DNA from: Elainellaceae cyanobacterium
Lineage (GTDB): Bacteria; Cyanobacteriota; Cyanobacteriia; CAZCXK01
Direction of reading: 5' to 3'
Assembly (NCBI GenBank): GCA_051117555.1
Contig: JBNPEG010000053.1
Coordinates: forward strand, 1 to 22,355
Length of the DNA: 22,355 bases
Shown here: one piece after another, positions 17,921 through 22,355 of the stretch
Numbering within the stretch: position 1 is the first letter of the stretch
Layout of the letters: each line of letters begins with the position of its first letter
The notes under the pieces: model-generated
Told to the model about the DNA's origin: nothing
The model's database searches: none
The model's input: the letters and a program-made list of their open reading frames with translations, nothing else
Made by a program: the position numbers and the translations under genes

Positions 17921-18220
17921 TCAATCAAATAAACCATCTACTGTTTGTCGAAATGCAATCAACGCATGAGTTGCTTGAAGCGGTTTCAGGTCTTCCAGCA
18001 ACTGGTCAGATGTCTCTGAGGCAACAATGGTCTTGATTTCAATATTGGTGTTATAACCCGCCATGTCGCCCATTCGCCTACCATGACTGCCTGCACCCTG
18101 TGCTGGAATGAGCGTGTAACCAGACGCACCAATCTTTGTTAACAGGCGTATTAAACGATCCTGCAGTACGGCTTCACTAATGATTGTGACGAGAACACCC
18201 CGAGTTAAGGAAGAGGACAT
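17921..18220 (-). CDS. PII-superfamily (SbtB-like) protein, 99 aa
   Basis: LVTIISEAVL...GASGYT...GAGSHG...NIEIKTIV pattern of non-canonical PII proteins. ATG 18220 is preceded by GGAG. Confidence 0.8.
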   Translation of the reverse strand: MSSSLTRGVLVTIISEAVLQDRLIRLLTKIGASGYTLIPAQGAGSHGRRMGDMAGYNTNIEIKTIVASETSDQLLEDLKPLQATHALIAFRQTVDGLFD

Positions 18221-18573
18221 AAGACACTCCAAGAGTAGAAAAGAATTTAGCAGTAGTTTTTAGAAAGTTTCAAAGATACGATTGTTGCACCTAGGATAAA
18301 TGCAGAAGCACTAGGGGCAGAAAACGCCACAAAAAGCTGCTGATTTATCGAAAGGGCAGCTTGTCCGATAATGAGTGTATGAATTGAGCGGAATTTCAAC
18401 TATTTTCTGTAAAAATAGCAGGATACTATTTGACGTCAGAGGATTTTGATGTCGTAGTTCATCAAAATTCAATCGTTTATGCACTAAATAAATACCACAA
18501 AAAGCTCCCGCTGCCTCACAACGTGTAGCGCTGTCGCTGTTTATATCTCTATTCTAGTTTATAGTCGCTTACG

Positions 18574-19371
18574 CTAACCATTTACAGGAATCCCAGCCGC
18601 ATGTACCCATACGTTCATCTCAGTTAGGGTTAAGGGACCAAACTGGGTTGCTAGAGCAACATCGGCGGCATCTCGACCATAGGCGATCGCAATGCGATTA
18701 CCACGAGGTTCTGGTTGGGTTGCATCAAAGGTATACCAGCGATCGCCCACAAAGGCTTCAAACCATGCATGGAGATCCATCGGTTCGAGTTGGTAAAGAT
18801 AGCCCACAACCATCCGCGTTGGAATCGTGAGACTACGACACAAAGCAATTCCTAAGTGGACAAAGTCACGGCACACTCCTACACGTGTTTCTACTGTTTC
18901 TATCGCTGATGTGGACGCATCACTAGTTTCGTAAGCGTATTCGATGTGAGTATGAATCCAATGTCGAATAGCGTCTACCTGATCATAGGCAGACTCGATA
19001 CCTTCAACAATGTCGTTGGCTAAATCCCCCAATAAATCGGATTGGCAATAGCGGCTCGGCAAAAGAAATTGGAGAGTGTAATCAGGTAGTTCTTGGACGG
19101 GAACAAAAGGTGCCCCTGGTTGAATATCAATACTATCGGGTGTCTCTACCGTTACTGTTGTGTCTACTTGAAGCGTACCCGGATCAACTAGCAGGCGTTG
19201 GCATAGATTGCCGTAGGTGTCGGCATATTCAACGACTGAAAAGGTAGGATCAAACCGATAATTTTCTTGCACGACTCGCTGTCCTGATCCGGTACGAGGG
19301 CGCAGCATCAAAATAAGTGGGGAAGGGGCGATCGCTTCAAATACGAGGCGGCAACCTGCATCTAACCGCAT
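18574..19371 (-). CDS. Transglutaminase-like cysteine protease family protein
   Basis: GVCRDFVH, DLHAWFEA and WYTFDAT supply the Cys-His-Asp triad; also LLPSRYCQSD and GRDAADV. Confidence 0.92.
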   Translation of the reverse strand: MRLDAGCRLVFEAIAPSPLILMLRPRTGSGQRVVQENYRFDPTFSVVEYADTYGNLCQRLLVDPGTLQVDTTVTVETPDSIDIQPGAPFVPVQELPDYTLQFLLPSRYCQSDLLGDLANDIVEGIESAYDQVDAIRHWIHTHIEYAYETSDASTSAIETVETRVGVCRDFVHLGIALCRSLTIPTRMVVGYLYQLEPMDLHAWFEAFVGDRWYTFDATQPEPRGNRIAIAYGRDAADVALATQFGPLTLTEMNVWVHAAGIPVNG

Positions 19372-19389
19372 AACCCCTCCCTATGAATG

Positions 19390-19617
19390 CTAGAGTTGCT
19401 CTTCCTCATCTTTCGATTCGTAAGTGTCTGATTCTAGAATATCATCGATGTCTTCGGATATTTTGTGATCTTGAGCATCATCATTTTCACTGACCTGGAA
19501 TCTGCCTGTGCTCTCTAACCAGCTAAGCAGAGATTCTCTCGGGAGCGGTGGAATAGCCGTCATTGACTGACTTCGCGGTTCTTCGTACAGAGCGGGGTTA
19601 TGAGGCGTAGTCATCAT
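19390..19617 (-). CDS. DUF3134-family small acidic cyanobacterial protein
   Basis: NPALYEEPR...IP...SLLSWLESTGR motif with an acidic tail. Confidence 0.8.
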   Translation of the reverse strand: MMTTPHNPALYEEPRSQSMTAIPPLPRESLLSWLESTGRFQVSENDDAQDHKISEDIDDILESDTYESKDEEEQL

Positions 19618-20088
19618 TATCCTTTTGTGGTGAATATAAATTGATCAGGAGAAGTAAGATAAATAAAGTAGATCGAAACCAATGACGCGTGATTTCAAGG
19701 GATAGGATAGGACGTCCGATTGAGAAGTAATTGGGAAGGCAATAGAAATTGAAGTAATAACCTTACCACTTCTCACCAGTGGCCTGAAAACGTTGGCAGG
19801 GGCTCGCAAACTACCGCCACCGCGTTTTTATTGAAACTGAGGGTTTCCTATTTCTCCAGAGGCATAGTGCAAGCGATGGGTTCTCCCTTAATAGGATTAT
19901 AGTTCTATCATAGTCTAATTAAACAATTAACGTGTTGCCAAAGTCGAGCATCATTCACCCGCTAGGAAGGATTGCAAAGACACGATGTAATTCGTACGCT
20001 GCGTCGATGAGAGAGCGGAAATGTGTATTTTTGTAACAGCGTGCAGAATTAACGGGGCACTATTCCTGACAGGTAAGTAGAAGCGTAA

Positions 20089-21000
20089 TTGAGCGTCGTT
20101 TTTGAAATGGATACCATTACTCAACTGATCGAACAAAATACAGCCAGTATGGAAACTCTGATCCAAGAAGGAGAACATACGCTGTCTCAGATCAGATACC
20201 TTGATCAGACCATCACGAACTTGCTAGAAGATAGTCTTGCTAAAGAAGAACAGACCCTGGAAAGGTTTGCAAACCTCGGTCAGAGGATAGCGGAAACCGA
20301 GCAAACCATTGAGGCGATCGTCGAAGGAGCCAGAGGTGAACTGTCCTACGTTCAGGAAAAAGCTGGCAGTCTCGAACAACAGCTTGATGAATTTAGCAGC
20401 GACCTCCAAAGTCAGCTTGGAGATTTGCGAGAATCTATTCAAGAGTTTCTGGATGAGTTTGAAGAGAAATCATCCGCTGTTGAAGAAGGGCTGAGCAATA
20501 TTGCGGAACAAAGCTCTGAATTTGCTGAAGAAGTGGATGGTTTAGAAGATACAGCTATCCAAGAGGTTGAAGCACTATATACCCTAGTGGAAAACGCCGG
20601 AAATGACTTCGGTGAAGGGGTCAATGACTTGGCAACCGATGTTGGTGAGTTAGCCTCTGAAATCAATGAAGGAATATTGGCTAATCGCCAAAGCCTCGAT
20701 AACTTTACAAAGGATAGCGCTGAAAATCTAGAAGAGGTTTCTCAGGAAGAAATTCAACCTGCTTTTGAAGAATTTATCCAATTCATGTGGATAAAACTAG
20801 TTGGTGAAGCGCTACCAAGTGCTGAAATTGCTACAAATCATACTAAATCTGCTCTTCTCATTCTGGGAGAAAGGGGATTAGAAATCAAAGATGAAATCGA
20901 TGAAGACTTTGTAGAGGTTCTCACAAGTATCGGTAGCGCTATGGAGAATGTTACGTCTGCTCAGTCCTTCTTAGAAAACGTGAGAAACAAGATTGATTGA
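20089..21000 (+). CDS. Acidic alpha-helical/coiled-coil hypothetical protein, 303 aa
   Basis: Long ORF, E/D/Q/L-rich with amphipathic heptad pattern, no Cys. TTG 20089 is supported by alignment to the paralogue at 22115; alternative ATG at 20107. Confidence 0.85.
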   Translation: MSVVFEMDTITQLIEQNTASMETLIQEGEHTLSQIRYLDQTITNLLEDSLAKEEQTLERFANLGQRIAETEQTIEAIVEGARGELSYVQEKAGSLEQQLDEFSSDLQSQLGDLRESIQEFLDEFEEKSSAVEEGLSNIAEQSSEFAEEVDGLEDTAIQEVEALYTLVENAGNDFGEGVNDLATDVGELASEINEGILANRQSLDNFTKDSAENLEEVSQEEIQPAFEEFIQFMWIKLVGEALPSAEIATNHTKSALLILGERGLEIKDEIDEDFVEVLTSIGSAMENVTSAQSFLENVRNKID

Positions 21001-21101
21001 GATATTGGCTATTTTATGGAGTTTAGCAGGATCTAGCTTTAGAACTCTCAAAGAGTAGGTAGAAATCAAAGTACACTCAAGAAATTCAAAAAAAGGAAAA
21101 G

Positions 21102-21977
21102 ATGACATCCATTCAATTACCTGAAGATTATCCTACAAGAGTTGATGAAGATAATCATACTGTTAGAGAGTACGAAGGAGCCAATGATCGGGTCACTGTA
21201 GAAAGAGATGCACTATATCAACATAGTTCTTCCGATGATCATACGAAGGGATCGTTTGAGTTTCTTTCTTCTTCAGAGCGTGTTCATGACGAAACGGATG
21301 CGCCAGACGGAGAGTTTACCGGGAGTAGAGATTTTACCGGCTCGCTATTGCAACTTAAAACAGGACACAAGCAAGGCTACCAGGATGAATTAGGCAATAA
21401 TCAGCAGACTGAATTAACACTAGGCAACTATTCCAGCAAGGAAAACAGCACAGAGGGGGGATCAAGTTTTCAAGAGAAAGTTTCTCTTGCTCAATATGTG
21501 ACTTCTAATACTGACGCCAGTGGAGATACAGACACAACTAAGATTGAATTTGCTTCGTTGTCTGTAACAGATGGTATGCCTGCTGCTAACCTACTGAATT
21601 TAGAAGCAATTAACGAACATGGCGATCGCCAAACTGAATGGGGCTTTGGTGTTGGATTTGATGCGTTAGGAAAAAGGAAAACCTCAGGTAATGAAAATGA
21701 TTCCAGAAGTGAGCGTGAAAGACACGAACAAGAATCCTCTGAAAACGTAAGAGAAACCATTTGGAATAGCCTTGTTGGTCAGGTATATGAGCGTCGTGAT
21801 GGAACTGACACCGATGGCGACGGAAAAGGAGAATATGGCTATAAAATAAGCGTTCCGTTTACGAATATCAGTTATGGTAGCTTCGAAGAAAAGACGCTAG
21901 AAGAACGAATTAGCGCCCTTGAAGAACCCATCAATATGGAAAAAACAGATCAAGTCTTCTCAGAAGTCATTGGATAA
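21102..21977 (+). CDS. Acidic Ser/Thr/Gly-rich hypothetical protein, 291 aa
   Basis: Long ORF with AAGGA upstream of the ATG; contains DTDGDGKGE (Dx[DN]xDG-like motif). Confidence 0.82.
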   Translation: MTSIQLPEDYPTRVDEDNHTVREYEGANDRVTVERDALYQHSSSDDHTKGSFEFLSSSERVHDETDAPDGEFTGSRDFTGSLLQLKTGHKQGYQDELGNNQQTELTLGNYSSKENSTEGGSSFQEKVSLAQYVTSNTDASGDTDTTKIEFASLSVTDGMPAANLLNLEAINEHGDRQTEWGFGVGFDALGKRKTSGNENDSRSERERHEQESSENVRETIWNSLVGQVYERRDGTDTDGDGKGEYGYKISVPFTNISYGSFEEKTLEERISALEEPINMEKTDQVFSEVIG

Positions 21978-22114
21978 GCGCTATTGGCTTGGATGTCAAC
22001 AGGTTTCAAACGGTAGTTCCATGACTCAATGATGAGCATCACAGCAGCTATCAAATTTGATATAACTACTAACTTAATAATCATCAATCATCGACAATTG
22101 GGAGGCAAGAGGAT

Positions 22115-22255
22115 ATGGCAGAAGTACTAGAGTTAGGCCAGACTACAGACGAAATCATTGCCAACCTTGAGTATATGAATACTTTTCTCTCTCAAGGCAG
22201 TAAACAGTTGCATTCGTTTGGTGAAGATATTGGGCGTTGCATAATCAAGGTATGA
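22115..22255 (+). pseudogene. 5' fragment of a probable paralogue of the 20089 protein, interrupted by IS1
   Basis: GAGG RBS and ATG at 22115; MAEVLELGQTTDEIIANLEYMNTFLSQGSKQLHSFGEDI then reads into the IS end and stops. Confidence 0.7.
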
Positions 22256-22355
22256 ATTAGGGGTGATCTACAATGCAATGTCCCGAGTGTGGTGGTACTC
22301 ATATCCGTAAGAACGGCAAGAAAAAAGGTAAGCAAAATCACATCTGCGTCCACTG
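22233..22355 (+). mobile_element. Left end of an IS1-family element (truncated by the window)
   Basis: GGCGTTGCATAATCAAGGTATGAAT resembles cyanobacterial IS1 terminal repeats and lies 40 bp before an InsA-like ORF. Confidence 0.8.
22273..22355 (+). CDS. insA: IS1 transposase, InsA zinc-ribbon N-terminus (partial)
   Basis: MQCPECGGTHIRKNGKKKGKQNHICVH..., matching the CPxC...KNG...GKQxxxCxxC signature. Confidence 0.88.
   Translation, partial: MQCPECGGTHIRKNGKKKGKQNHICVH

Noticed and set aside
18327..18506. 12-bp direct repeat CCACAAAAAGCT about 168 bp apart
   Set aside because: Short and A-rich with no element-like interior; not distinguishable from chance.
2798..21630. Frequent GCGATCGC palindromes
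   Set aside because: HIP1, a genome-wide cyanobacterial feature; used only as a taxonomic clue.

Overview
Cyanobacterial chromosomal DNA: frequent HIP1 GCGATCGC octamers, heptamer STRR repeats and psb34-, rbp- and DUF3134-type genes. Left to right: (1) a CRISPR array of 31 repeats and 30 spacers (121-2312; 35-bp repeat CTCAAAACTTCTTCGGAAGTTGAATTAATGGAAAC, probably type III, no cas genes in the window) closed by a terminator-like hairpin; (2) about 1.2 kb of debris with two apparent conjugative-plasmid gene remnants, a MITE-like element and small repeats; (3) a GH63/MGH1-like glucosidase; (4) REP-like and 21-bp tandem repeats and an internally deleted aquaporin pseudogene; (5) rfbD-rfbA-rfbB without rfbC; (6) a multi-PAS hybrid histidine kinase; (7) an N-terminally extended Psb34-like gene with HLR1-like sites, an rbp gene with its conserved cold-regulation 5'UTR, a front-end (desD-like) desaturase, an orphan PII/SbtB-like gene, a transglutaminase-like gene and DUF3134; (8) an AT-richer cluster of acidic unknown proteins whose third gene, a likely paralogue of the first, is cut by an IS1 element running off the window. 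I cannot demonstrate a complete novel system. The best candidates for follow-up are the unknown-protein cluster at 20089-22255, the CRISPR repeat architecture and the plasmid remnants at the array trailer. All family calls are from motif recognition; no database search was run.
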